A DNA stretch of 64,000 bases from Pelagomonas calceolata (GCA_918797485.1 CAKKNE010000005.1:2046001-2110000), one strand, 5' to 3'; counted from the stretch's first letter, positions 42,825 to 52,965 are shown. Program-made: numbers and translations. Notes: a model not told the origin generated them from the sequence alone.

Positions 42825-43094
42825 CTAGGCCGCGTCGTCGACGGCCTCCTGGATCGCGTCGATCACGCGCTGCGTCTCCTCGCCGGTCTGGCACTTGCCC
42901 TGCCCGCGCGTCGTCTTGGAATGGATGAGCTGGCCCGCGCACGTGACCTCGAAGTTACCCGTCGTGCCCGGGTCGCCGACCTGCTCTACTGCGACATCGT
43001 CCCCGAATTCCTGCTCGATCGTCTGAGCTAGCGCTACTGAGTAGCGCTTATACCCTCAGCCGCCGCAGTACTGGATTTGCACGGGCACGGGCAT
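42825..43094 (-). CDS. SELENOW: Selenoprotein W / Rdx-family selenoprotein (CxxU), 89 aa
   Basis: MPVPVQIQYCGG[TGA 43058-43056]GYKRY..GDPGTTGNFEV..LIHSK..G; frame continues to TAG 42827-42825; SECIS downstream. Confidence 0.93.
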
Positions 43095-43333
43095 CTTGTC
43101 GTCGCTGCAACCAAGTAGGTTACCCGTTGTGGCGTTGGCTTCGCCGCCTTCGCCGCCCAGGAAGTTGCCCGTGGTGACGTTTGGTCACAGATCGTACGCT
43201 GAGCTAACCACCGGCTTCGGCGGGCGCAGCGCTCTTCTGCGACAAGTGTCAGGCTTCCGGCACGTGTTAATTTGAACGGCGCGGCACCTGGTAACCGGTA
43301 CGGCCAAAACTGCACCTGAATGTGCCCGAGTAG

Positions 43334-43356
43334 GCTAGCGTCACTAAGACACTAGC
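43334..43356 (+). promoter_or_regulatory. Bipartite intergenic motif copy
   Basis: GCTAGCG-N4-TAAGACACTAGC. Confidence 0.65.
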
Positions 43357-43610
43357 AAAAAAGGTGAGTCTTCGTACCACTACTCGTCAGGGCCTTTCGA
43401 TCCGTACGTAGTCGCGATAGAAGGCCTCCGCGGCACATGAGACGCGGCAGCCCAAAATGCCCAGTGGTGTCTGGGCTCCAGGCGTCGGGAGCGGGCACAT
43501 CGGTGGACCGTCCAGCCTGAACAGCACTTCACATCAAGACGCATCGATGCTGGACGGCGCGCGACGATCCCTGCCGACGCTGGCACCCTCCAAACCCTGA
43601 ACCTGGTTGG

Positions 43611-44843
43611 ATGGCTGAGCTCTCCGAGTCGATCACCCAGCTGCCCGCGGGCGACGATCTCGCGGCCCTCCTCCTGAAGCGCTGGACGAGCGGCGCCGCC
43701 GACGACGCCCCGGAGAACACCAGCGACGACGGCTCGTGGGTAGACGTCACCGCCGCCGACGAGAACAACGACTGGTGCTACCTGCGGGCGGACGAGATCG
43801 ACGGCGCCTCGGACGCAGACGATGCCTCGCCGCAATGCCGCTCGGACGGGCGCGTCGACGCCGCGACTCTCGAGGCAAAGCTTGCGGCCGCCACGGCGCA
43901 AATTCAAGCCCTCGAGACGCAGAACGCGCAGCTCCGGCGAAGCGCGTCGGACAAGGTCGATCGAGACGAGGTCTCACTCGAGGACCTCGAGCGCGACTTG
44001 CGGGCCGCGGCGGCGCGCTGCTTGAACGGCGACGCCGCGGCGGAAAAGGAATGCGAGCACCTGTCGCGGGCGCTCGACGCCCACCCCGAGAAAATTAAGC
44101 GGGACGCAGACCAACGGGCGGCCTGGGAAAGGGAGGAGCGCCCGCGCTGCGCCTCGGCGCTGCGGCGCATGCGAAGGGTGCTGCCGCCGTGGCTCGCGAC
44201 GCGAGGCGCGAGCGTCGACACGCTGGAACAGGCGGGCCTGCCGCGGGCCGTGGCGCGCCGCGTGTTTCGCGAACGCGCGCTCTGGCTGACGCGGATGCCC
44301 GCCAGTCGCATCCGGAAGATGGCGCTCGCCGACCTGCGGAGGTTGGATCTCGGCCGCCTCGACGTCGTGGAGCTGCGGGCGGTCTACGCGGCGTTACCAT
44401 CGGAATTCGACGCCGACGGCGACGGCGCGAAGGCGATGTGGAGAGAGGACGCGCGGCGACGCCTCTCCGCACTCGCGCTCCGCGAGGCGGAAGACAAGCT
44501 GCTGCGGCGCGAGGTGCGGCACCCGGTCTACGACGCTCTAGATGCGGTCGGCGGGCCCTTCGATCCGGACTCAGAGGCGCTCGCCGCGGTGGCGGCGCCC
44601 TCGACGACTAATCTTGAGGCCGAGCTGGCCGCCGTGCGCCAAGCGCGACAACGGATTGACGCCGCGCCACCGGCTCCGGGCGTCGCGCCGCGGCGGCCTC
44701 GCCCTTCGCGGCTCGACGCCGACGATCCACGCTCGCGAATGGTCGGTGCTGCGCTGAGCCGCGCGCCGCCGCCGCGACCTCGGCCCGCGATGGCCGGGGA
44801 CCTCCTCGCGGGGCTCCAGGCGGCGGCGCGGCGGCGAGCCTGA
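43611..44843 (+). CDS. Hypothetical coiled-coil protein
   Basis: 410-aa ORF; family not recognised; WH2-like tail GDLLAGLQ. Confidence 0.6.
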   Translation: MAELSESITQLPAGDDLAALLLKRWTSGAADDAPENTSDDGSWVDVTAADENNDWCYLRADEIDGASDADDASPQCRSDGRVDAATLEAKLAAATAQIQALETQNAQLRRSASDKVDRDEVSLEDLERDLRAAAARCLNGDAAAEKECEHLSRALDAHPEKIKRDADQRAAWEREERPRCASALRRMRRVLPPWLATRGASVDTLEQAGLPRAVARRVFRERALWLTRMPASRIRKMALADLRRLDLGRLDVVELRAVYAALPSEFDADGDGAKAMWREDARRRLSALALREAEDKLLRREVRHPVYDALDAVGGPFDPDSEALAAVAAPSTTNLEAELAAVRQARQRIDAAPPAPGVAPRRPRPSRLDADDPRSRMVGAALSRAPPPRPRPAMAGDLLAGLQAAARRRA

Positions 44844-45037
44844 ACACGGCGCCCTTGTTTGTAACCATGAAACGATTGTCCATTCCGAGTCCTTGGCTAG
44901 ATGGCGCGCGTCCGTCCCTCAGGCTGCGGCTTTTTTAGCGGGGTGACTTCGGCCCTATCGACCGGGCGGGACCCGTCCGTCCCAGAACCGTCGAGTCACC
45001 CGGCCAGAAGTCCCCCGAAGTCTGCGCGTACCTGCTT

Positions 45038-45049
45038 GCTAGTGTCTTA
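45038..45049 (-). promoter_or_regulatory. Motif half-site
   Basis: TAAGACACTAGC with a degenerate partner half. Confidence 0.5.
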
Positions 45050-45254
45050 CACGCTATGGGCCGGCGTTAACGCAAGACGCGCAGCAGAGAGCACGCTGGT
45101 GGGCAGGACAGCCGCAGGCGAGGCAAGGGCAGCGGTGGGCCGATAGCTGCCCCAAGGTACCGGCTATACGCCATCTTGTGCCGAGAGCTGCCCCAGGTAC
45201 CGGCATCTACTGTGAGTGAGCCTAGACGCCATCGACGCGTCACAACGCAGCCAT

Positions 45255-46700
45255 ATGCCGCCCAAGCGCGAACGGGTACGAGGCGAGACGCTGGGCTCCC
45301 TCTACCGGGTCCTCTGCTCCGAGGCCGACGGGAGACGGAAGGATGTCAGGAGGGAGCGGTTGTTGATCATGGAGCAGCTCGGGTACTTGAAGCGGAAGAA
45401 CCGGGCCGAGCCCGCCTCGACCTTACACTTGGGCAAGTTCGCGCGCGGGCGTCCCAAGGCGCTCCCGAAGCCGCCGGCCGACGGCGCGAAGGAAGCTCGC
45501 GAGCGCGCCGAGAACCGCCGCAAGCTGCTGTACGCCGAGGGCGTGTCCTCCGCACTAAAAAAGATCCAACAGTTACAAATACGGGAGAAGCCCGTGCCCC
45601 AGAAGCTCTGGAAGGAGCTCCAGCAGGCCCAAAGCAACAAGTTTTTATTGCCTATCCTGCCGGACCCGGGCCCCGGCCAATATAAATTGGACAAGGATCG
45701 TCACAAAGCTCTGAAAGGCACGATGGGCTCGCCGCCCAAAAAGCTGTCTTCGTTGATCTCGCCGCCGCGCGCGCCGCCGCACTCCTATTTAAGTATTGAA
45801 ACGAAAAGGGCCTATGGCGGCTTCTCGCTCGTCGGCAAAGATAAAAAAGTCGGAGAACGGAACAAGAAGCCGAAGCCCAAGAAGGTATCTTACATCCGAC
45901 AGGTCAACGCGGGCCTGGATGGTTTTGTGGAACCAGATGAAGACCCGGATGCGTGGAAGAAGCTCGAGTACTGGTTCCCGCCCAAGAAGGACCCGGATCA
46001 ATTCAAGGATAGGCAGCTGATCCACCCGGCCGACGCCCCGACTCCTAGGAATGATTTACCTAGGAAGTACGCGGCCACGGTGGTAAATGACCGGGGCGAC
46101 GGCACGTACGACGTGCACTACGAGGGCGAGGACGATAATGTCATGGATGAGACCTACACGGGCGAGCCGTCAACCGTGCGAGTGTCGGGCAAAACTTTAG
46201 GTGTCTCCCTATCAAAATACGAGGACAACGACGACAGTACGTACAACACGGAAGTCGCGGAGAGGATTGAAAGAGGCGATCTGCGAGAGGGCGATGTTGT
46301 GGACGCGACGGAGCCGCCGTACGCGAACCGCATCCGCTTCCTGACCAAGACCTCGCAGCCGATCCCGACGCCCTGGGACGAGGATGCGGAGTCCCTGCCG
46401 GACTCGCAGGCGTCCTCTCCTCATGAAGTCGAGGTTCCTCCCGAAAGACGGTCGCGGCAGTCGTCGCTGGACGGCGACCTGCCGAGCCCGCCCTCTTCAA
46501 GACCTTCGAGCCGCATCTCGAGCCGGACCGTGTCGCGGCCGACGTCGCGCGGGTCGCAGTCGTCGCGCGGGTCGGAGCGCGCGCGCAAGGCGAGGCTGGC
46601 GAAGACGCCGGCGTCCGTGCCGACGGCCTTCCGGCCCTTCCGCCGCAAGCCCAAGGACCGGAAGAAGGTGGACGTGGACCTGATCCGGAGCTTTCTCTAG
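45255..46700 (+). CDS. Hypothetical protein with PGPGQY (SHIPPO-like) motif and Tudor-like segment
   Basis: DPGPGQY; YAATVVNDRGDGTYDVHYE; first ATG 45255. Confidence 0.6.
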   Translation: MPPKRERVRGETLGSLYRVLCSEADGRRKDVRRERLLIMEQLGYLKRKNRAEPASTLHLGKFARGRPKALPKPPADGAKEARERAENRRKLLYAEGVSSALKKIQQLQIREKPVPQKLWKELQQAQSNKFLLPILPDPGPGQYKLDKDRHKALKGTMGSPPKKLSSLISPPRAPPHSYLSIETKRAYGGFSLVGKDKKVGERNKKPKPKKVSYIRQVNAGLDGFVEPDEDPDAWKKLEYWFPPKKDPDQFKDRQLIHPADAPTPRNDLPRKYAATVVNDRGDGTYDVHYEGEDDNVMDETYTGEPSTVRVSGKTLGVSLSKYEDNDDSTYNTEVAERIERGDLREGDVVDATEPPYANRIRFLTKTSQPIPTPWDEDAESLPDSQASSPHEVEVPPERRSRQSSLDGDLPSPPSSRPSSRISSRTVSRPTSRGSQSSRGSERARKARLAKTPASVPTAFRPFRRKPKDRKKVDVDLIRSFL

Positions 46701-46806
46701 TAACTTTGTTGTGTGATTCTATCTTGGAGAGGTGTCGCGGCGATGGCGTCACAAGGCGGTCGCGTCACGGGACTACATGGTGTCTCCCTGTCGTTAGGCG
46801 TAGGGC

Positions 46807-47526
46807 CTACGCGGATCTATGGAGGTGGGGATGGACATGAGGAACCTTGGGCGCCGCGACGACTAGGCGTAGGCGAGCGCCGCGAGCGCCGCGACGAGGA
46901 CGGCCGGCGCGGTGGCGGTCGCGCCGTCCGAGCTGTGGCCCTCGTCGTGGTCGTGGCCCGAGTGGTCGTCGCCGGCCGAATCGTCGTTGTACTGCGAGCC
47001 GAACTCCGGGCAGCCGCCGGCGCCCGACGTCGGGAAGGTGCACGCGTTCGCCGAGTCGCACCAGATGATAGGCGACCGCTTCGAGTAGCTGCGACGCATA
47101 TAAGGCGGCGAAGCGCTCGTCGAATTGGTCTAGGTCGTGGACGTAATCTAACAAACTACCGGCGCAGAGCTCCATCACTAATCTCAATTCTGATGGGGAT
47201 TCTACCACCCCACAAAGCTTCAGGCAGCCCTTGGCCCCGCCGACGCGCCGCAAACAATCGATCTCTCTCAATAAGTCCGACGCCTTCGGGGCGAGCTTGA
47301 TCTCGTTGTCCTCGATGACAGTGGTCTTTCTGAGTACTTTACAGGCGTATTGTTGATTCGTGGACTTGCGCGTTACTTTCACGACGCGCGCGAACATGCC
47401 TTCTCCCAATTGTTCATTTTCAACCCAGTCCTTTTTGACATCCTCATCCTTGTCGTAGTAGGCCGCGGTCGTCGCGAAGTCGTGCTCGTCGCGATACAAG
47501 GGGCCCGTCGACGCCGCGCAGCCCAT
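46807..47526 (-). pseudogene. Truncated CAMK/CDPK-like kinase (N-lobe to helix E only) joined to an unrelated 3' fragment
   Basis: MGCAAS, LGEGMFARV, YACKVL, LVMELCAG, QLLEAVAY then similarity stops near 47067; no HRD, DFG or APE. Confidence 0.7.
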
Positions 47527-47670
47527 TCTTGATCTAGTGTTGAGTCCTGCGCTTAGCTCCCCCGCCGCGGCGACGCCGCTAGACCTCAATTGATTGTTGA
47601 TGGGCAACCTTTTTTTTTAACGCTCAATCGTCGGCCCGACGGCGCTCGCGCGACACCCAACAATCGCGGA

Positions 47671-47694
47671 GCTAGCGGCATGTAAGACACTAGC
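47671..47694 (+). promoter_or_regulatory. Bipartite intergenic motif copy
   Basis: GCTAGCG-N5-TAAGACACTAGC. Confidence 0.65.
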
Positions 47695-47771
47695 AAGCCG
47701 AGGCCGAGGTTTGCAGTGCACTTTGCAGCCAGCAATTGCAGCCTTACAGCAAGACAATTAACGCAGCAATC

Positions 47772-48278
47772 ATGCCGTTCATCCAGCATGCATGCAGCGC
47801 CCTCTAAACCCTCGTACTTGCAAAATTTGCTGCACCAACGCGTGCCACACTGATGCTGCCATACGACTGCAGATCTGCGAGCGGTGCCGAGCGATGATTC
47901 GCTTGAGTTCGCACACACACGCATGCGCACCTATGCGATCCTATCTATATAACATCATCATTTGTAGGATCACCTGGCTACCCAAGGCTTGCCGCAACGC
48001 CGCAGTAAGGCAGCAAGTCGCAGAGGCCGTGATCAAAGCCATCTGCGGCGTGACGGCCTCGGAGACGACGCCGGACAAAGTCGTCGTCCGCGCGCGCCGG
48101 CGCACATAACACGCCATCGACGCGATTCACGACGCGAAACGCAGGCTTCGGCGAGAGCACGGACGCGTTCCCGCTGCCGAAGGGCTACTCCCTGAATCCG
48201 GACTTGCAGGCCCACCCCCACGCGTCGAGCGAGATTGGGATTGGATCCGAGGACCCCATGAAGGGGCCCCAAAAGTAA
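47772..48278 (+). CDS. Small tautomerase (4-OT/MIF superfamily)-like protein, 3 exons (47772-47785, 47968-48089, 48145-48278), 89 aa
   Basis: Spliced MPFIQITWLPKACRNAAVRQQVAEAVIKAICGVTASETTPDKVVVRFGES..: Pro-1 beta-alpha-beta pattern; needs two GC-AG introns. Confidence 0.65.
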
Positions 48279-48284
48279 ATTAGA

Positions 48285-49274
48285 TCATTTCAGGTCGCGG
48301 TCCTCCCGATCTTCCCGGACTTGGAGAGGACGGCCCTCCAACTCACTGTCGTTCAGCTCCAGAATAGCTCTCCGCGCGTCCTCGGGCGTCTCGAACTCGA
48401 CGATGCCACAGCCTCTCGCGATGAGCTTCGCGTGGACGACGTCGCCGACGGGCTTGAAGTGGTCTTTGAGCGTCTGCCACGACGTCGTGAACTTGAGGTT
48501 GCCCACGTACACTCTTTTCCCGACGCGCGTCACGCCGCCCTCGTTCGACTTGGCGCGCTTCCTCGCTTGGGACGGTTTCGAGGCTTCTCTATCTTCTCGG
48601 ACGTTGATCTTTCTGCCATCCAATTCGGTGTTGGACTTCCGCGAGATTGCGGCAGCGGCATCCGCAGCTTTTTCGAACTCGACGGTCCCGTAACCTCGAT
48701 TCACGTCGGCCCTCACGACCCGCCCGCAGTCCTTGAAGTGGTCCTTGAGCTGCTGCCACGTCGTCTGGTAGTTCAGGTTGCCCACGTACAGCTTCTTGCC
48801 CACGACGACGACGTCATCACTTCCGCGGTCGCGCTTCTTCTTCTGAGGTGCTTGCTGGGGCTTCTGGCCATCTTCCCTATCTTCCCTCACGAGTAGTTTG
48901 CGGCCGTCTAGTTCCGAATCGTGCAAAGTAGCGATGGCGTTTCGGGCATCTTGGATTGATTGGAATTCGACCACGCCGCAGCCCTGGCTTCGGCCCGTGC
49001 GGTTCTCCATGACGCGCGCGTGGACGACGCTACCGGCACTCGCGAAGTGGTCCTTGAGCTGCTGCCAGGTCGTCTCGTACTTCATGTTCCCCACGAAGAC
49101 GCGCGCGCTCGCATTGCCACCTTGCTTCTTCGGCTGTCTGGGTGCGGGCTTCTTGGCCGCCGACCGCTCGGCGATGGCCTCGTCGAGCGACATACCTAAA
49201 CCGAGGGGCTCGCCGTCATCTAAGGCCGGGGCCGCATCATAAGCCGAAAAAGTGTCGAGGCCTTCGACGTCCAT
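48285..49274 (-). CDS. Three-RRM RNA-binding protein (Gbp2/Hrb1/hnRNP-M-like)
   Basis: Three repeats of V(F/Y)VGN..T(T/S)WQ.LKDHF..G.VEF..ELDGR...VREDRE. Confidence 0.9.
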   Translation of the reverse strand: MDVEGLDTFSAYDAAPALDDGEPLGLGMSLDEAIAERSAAKKPAPRQPKKQGGNASARVFVGNMKYETTWQQLKDHFASAGSVVHARVMENRTGRSQGCGVVEFQSIQDARNAIATLHDSELDGRKLLVREDREDGQKPQQAPQKKKRDRGSDDVVVVGKKLYVGNLNYQTTWQQLKDHFKDCGRVVRADVNRGYGTVEFEKAADAAAAISRKSNTELDGRKINVREDREASKPSQARKRAKSNEGGVTRVGKRVYVGNLKFTTSWQTLKDHFKPVGDVVHAKLIARGCGIVEFETPEDARRAILELNDSELEGRPLQVREDREDRDLK

Positions 49275-49689
49275 GGTTTACAGATGTCTGGTGCTCTCGC
49301 TGGCTGAACGGAGAGCTGCGGGCACGCGGCAGCTTTGCACCCGCTTCAGGCGCTGGCAGGGGTGTGTTTTGGCAGCGTGTGCGCAAAACTTTGCAAGCGG
49401 GGGCTGTCGTTGGTTAGCAAAAGATGCCGAAAATAAAGTGGCTTAACTAGCGTATCGACACACTAGCACTTTTTTGGTTAGCTCTGTGCACGCCGAGGAG
49501 GGCGTGCGCCGTCCGCCGAGGCATACCTCTCGGCGCGCGCACTCAAATCACAGCCGTCTCGCAGAGCCATGCCAATGCCATGTGACTACCGCATATAGCC
49601 TCGGGGCAGCCCACAACTGCACTATTTTCCATCGCTCGTGCAGTGCAGACGACTTCCTGCACGCGTAACAGCATAATGCACGCCTAGCA

Positions 49690-50628
49690 ATGGGCAGCCT
49701 CCGAGCAATGGTCACCGTCGCGGCAGCGTACGCGTCGACAGCGCCGACGGTCGTCGTGTACGAGACGCGGCGCCTGGACGGCGATACGTACTGGCGCGCG
49801 AGCTACGAGTTGGCGGCAAGCTACGCGTCAAAACACGGCCACAACTTCGTGCTCTACACGCTGCCGGAGGGCACGGCGCGCCTCGACGCCTGCGACGGGT
49901 CAAGGTTAGGTCCCTACTGGGGCAAGGCGGCGGCCGCCGTGCAGGCGTGTATAGACTTTCCATCCTCGTCGTTCTTCCTCCTGTTGGATAGCGACGCCGC
50001 CGTGTCTACGACTCCATCAAAAACGGGAGATCGGTGGAGCGACCGCCCACTAGAACAACTATTGACGGCGGCCGCGGGCTGGCCCAATGCCCGGTCGGAT
50101 GTACTGGTGAACCAGGCCGATCGCACGTACTGGCTGCGGCGGGCGCCGCAGAACGTGACCCGGTGGCGCTACCTCCTCAACTCGGGGACGCTGGCGTGGA
50201 AAGGAGATAGGGGTAGGGCCTTCGTCGAGGCCTTCTGGCGGACGGCTTCGTCCGAGGAAGCGCGGGGCCGCAACGCACTGGGCATCGACTTCACGCGGGC
50301 GTGGCCCCAGGACCAGTACGGGTTGAATATGGTGGCGAACTCCCGCGAGTTTATTGATGACGTCGCCGTCGTGCCCATGAACCGGAAATACGCGGCCGAC
50401 TACGCGACATACAAGGCCTCAATCTCGCGCAAGTACCGGCCGCCCTGGCCCTGCCTGTCGGGCCTGCCGCGCCACTTCTGCGTGATTGACCACTACTGCC
50501 AGCACGCGAAGCACAAGCTCGGGCTCATCGAGGCGGCGCGGCGCGAGGGGCTCAACTCGTCGGTCTTCCGGCACGTGCGCGCGCTGCCGACGCGCGGCGG
50601 GTTCTGGGGCGCCTGCGACCGGTTGTAA
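49690..50628 (+). CDS. Putative GT-A glycosyltransferase (GT34-like)
   Basis: YASKHGH, YWGK, LLLDSDA (DxD), LNSG, WPQDQ. Confidence 0.65.
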   Translation: MGSLRAMVTVAAAYASTAPTVVVYETRRLDGDTYWRASYELAASYASKHGHNFVLYTLPEGTARLDACDGSRLGPYWGKAAAAVQACIDFPSSSFFLLLDSDAAVSTTPSKTGDRWSDRPLEQLLTAAAGWPNARSDVLVNQADRTYWLRRAPQNVTRWRYLLNSGTLAWKGDRGRAFVEAFWRTASSEEARGRNALGIDFTRAWPQDQYGLNMVANSREFIDDVAVVPMNRKYAADYATYKASISRKYRPPWPCLSGLPRHFCVIDHYCQHAKHKLGLIEAARREGLNSSVFRHVRALPTRGGFWGACDRL

Positions 50629-50682
50629 CTTGTCTGTTGTCTGCTCGGCGGCGGCGTTGGGGGTCTCGGTCGCGCGGGCTGA

Positions 50683-50705
50683 GCTAGCGCCGGTAAGACA
50701 CTAGC
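50683..50705 (+). promoter_or_regulatory. Bipartite intergenic motif copy
   Basis: GCTAGCG-N4-TAAGACACTAGC. Confidence 0.65.
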
Positions 50706-50823
50706 ATGCAGGCAGATTGGCAGAGTGCAGTCGGCCTGTTGTCCAGCTTCGCGGCGCTGTTTCGGCCATAGTCGGCCAGCTGTGACCAAAAGGACACGGG
50801 GAGGGGCTGCCCCCACTACCACC

Positions 50824-52503
50824 ATGAAGGAGGACGCCGTCGAGGCGGCCTGCTTGAGAGCGGCGCTGGCCACGGACCAGTTGCGCGGCGCCGACGCGCT
50901 CGAGACGGCGAGAGGTCATGCGTTGGACGAAATCGTGGCCTCGGAGGAGACGTACGTCGCGAATATGCGTATTTGTCTGGAGGTCTTCCGGGACCCGCTC
51001 CGGGACCTTTTGGGGAGGGACGAGGTGCTTGGGAGGGTGCTGAACGAGCTTGAGATGTTAGAAAAGTTCCAGGCGACGTTTCTGGGCGAGCTGCGCTCAG
51101 AAAGGGCGAGGGACGAGTGCTTCGGAGCCGTCTTTCGCAGGTTCGCGCCCTTCTTCAAGATGACGGCGACCTACGCCGAGGCCTACGGGGCCTGGTCGCG
51201 CCGCGCCGCGAGCGACGGCAACAACCGGGGCAGCCCCGTCAAGGACGTGATGCTGGTGCTCGCGCGCCAGGCGTTTGATGAGCGGTGTAAGGGCAGGGAC
51301 CTCGCCCAGTTCTTAGTCGCGCCGGTGCAACGAGTCCCGCGCTACCGGTTACTATTGGAGGCGCTCGTCCTGCGAACGAACGAGGACCACGCGGACAGGA
51401 ACGATCTCGACGAAGCGTTAACGCTGGTGCGCGACGCCTGCGCCAAGATCGACGCGATCCTGGGCGAGCACGCGGTGCGCAACGAGATGCAGCTTTTGAA
51501 GAGTCAGATCCACGACCCCGCGAACCAGCTCTCTTCCTTAGTAGCCCACAGATTGGTCCGGACGGGCGACGCGCGGAAGCTCTCCACGTCGAAGATCGAA
51601 ACGCTCACCTTCTGGCTCACGGACCGGGCCCTCTTTAGTTGCGACCGGCCGCCCGCGACGAACATGTACCGCCTGCGCTTCTACGCGCCGCTGACGCGCT
51701 GCGTCGTCGAGGCGGCGCCCTTCGCGACCCTATCCAATCGGTGCGACCGCGCCGCGTCCGAGCAGCTCGAGCTCGCCGCGGCCGAGGACCCGCGCCTCGC
51801 CCGGATCCAGGACGCGCTGCGCGCCGAGCGCGCGGGGACGCGGTGTTTGGTCGTGCGGTCGCCGCGGAAGTCGTTCTACGTCGAGCTGGCTTCCGAAGAC
51901 GAGGCCCGGGGCTGGTTAGATGATGTCGCGGCGCATCAGAAGACGCCGCCGTCCTTGGATTTCGCCCCCGTGGCGACGGACGCGCCGCGGAAGCGCGGCT
52001 GGCTCTCGCCGCGGCGCTCGAGGCCGGACGTCTACGACTTCTCGCCGCGCGGATCCGAGGCCTCGGCGCTGTCGCCGCGCGGCTCCTACGACCTCGGATC
52101 CGACGACGACGCGCCGTCGTGGGCGCCCGCCTCGCCGCCGCCGCCGCCCCGCCCGCGGTCGCTGCTGGCCGCCGCGCGCTCGGCGTCGGCGTCGCGCCCG
52201 CCGCCTCTGCCGCCCCGATCCTCGTCCGTTGTGGTCGAGCCGCCGCCGGTCCCTCCATCGCCGCCGGCCCCGCCGGACCAGCCACCGCTCACGACGGATT
52301 CCGCCAGCTGCTTCGTGGCGTGTGCGCCGGCGCCGGCCCCGCCGGAGCGCCCCGCGGCCCCGGAGTCCTCGCCGGAACCCGCGACGGTGGGCGTCTTCGG
52401 CCGCCGCGCCGGCGCGCCGGCGCCCGTGCCGCCGGCGGCGCGGGACACGATGTTCACGTCCATCGCCGAGCGGCTCCGGCGCTTCGAGGGGCTCGGGCGG
52501 TAG
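50824..52503 (+). CDS. RhoGEF (DH-PH) protein with Pro-rich tail
   Basis: EIVASEETYV, FLVAPVQRVPRYRLLL, PH-like RSPRKSFYV..EARGWL. Confidence 0.9.
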   Translation: MKEDAVEAACLRAALATDQLRGADALETARGHALDEIVASEETYVANMRICLEVFRDPLRDLLGRDEVLGRVLNELEMLEKFQATFLGELRSERARDECFGAVFRRFAPFFKMTATYAEAYGAWSRRAASDGNNRGSPVKDVMLVLARQAFDERCKGRDLAQFLVAPVQRVPRYRLLLEALVLRTNEDHADRNDLDEALTLVRDACAKIDAILGEHAVRNEMQLLKSQIHDPANQLSSLVAHRLVRTGDARKLSTSKIETLTFWLTDRALFSCDRPPATNMYRLRFYAPLTRCVVEAAPFATLSNRCDRAASEQLELAAAEDPRLARIQDALRAERAGTRCLVVRSPRKSFYVELASEDEARGWLDDVAAHQKTPPSLDFAPVATDAPRKRGWLSPRRSRPDVYDFSPRGSEASALSPRGSYDLGSDDDAPSWAPASPPPPPRPRSLLAAARSASASRPPPLPPRSSSVVVEPPPVPPSPPAPPDQPPLTTDSASCFVACAPAPAPPERPAAPESSPEPATVGVFGRRAGAPAPVPPAARDTMFTSIAERLRRFEGLGR

Positions 52504-52724
52504 TCTAGATCCGCCCTTCCTTGTGTGTGTAATGTTTATAGCTCCCGGAGTCATCCTTCGGAATTTCGGCTTCGCGGGGGCGTCCCGCATCCAGGCGAGC
52601 GTCCGCGGGCGCCAGTCGCGCCGCCGGACGCGTCCAACGGGCTCCATTGCGCGTCGGAACTTTCGAGCCTAGGACTAGTGGGCACAGAGACATCTCAGGC
52701 TCAGGCTGAGGCTGAGGCTCAGTT

Positions 52725-52747
52725 GCTAGTGTGTTATGGCCGCTAGG
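52725..52747 (-). promoter_or_regulatory. Bipartite intergenic motif copy (variant)
   Basis: CCTAGCG-N4-TAACACACTAGC. Confidence 0.55.
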
Positions 52748-52965
52748 GGGACTAGACCCCCCACGCCACACACAAACCTGCAACACGCGCAAGCAGGTCA
52801 GCAGTGCATACTGAGGAGCAGCCGTGGCTGCCATGCATCGCATCAGCAAAACGCGCCAAGCGTAACGTACCGCTGGGCATAGCGACGTGGTGGGTGGTTG
52901 ACCCAGCGACTGGGCCGTCGCGACGCCGCACAGTCAAGCGAGCGCAGCCGTCGTCGGACGCACAG

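Noticed and set aside
42699..43031. ORF 42699..43031(+) and 42310..42942(-) as genes
   Set aside because: Antisense or alternative-frame shadows of the selenoprotein gene and its neighbour
45145..45204. 20-bp direct repeat AGCTGCCCC(A)AGGTACCGGC
   Set aside because: Two copies only; probably a local duplication in a 5' UTR or intron with no further structure
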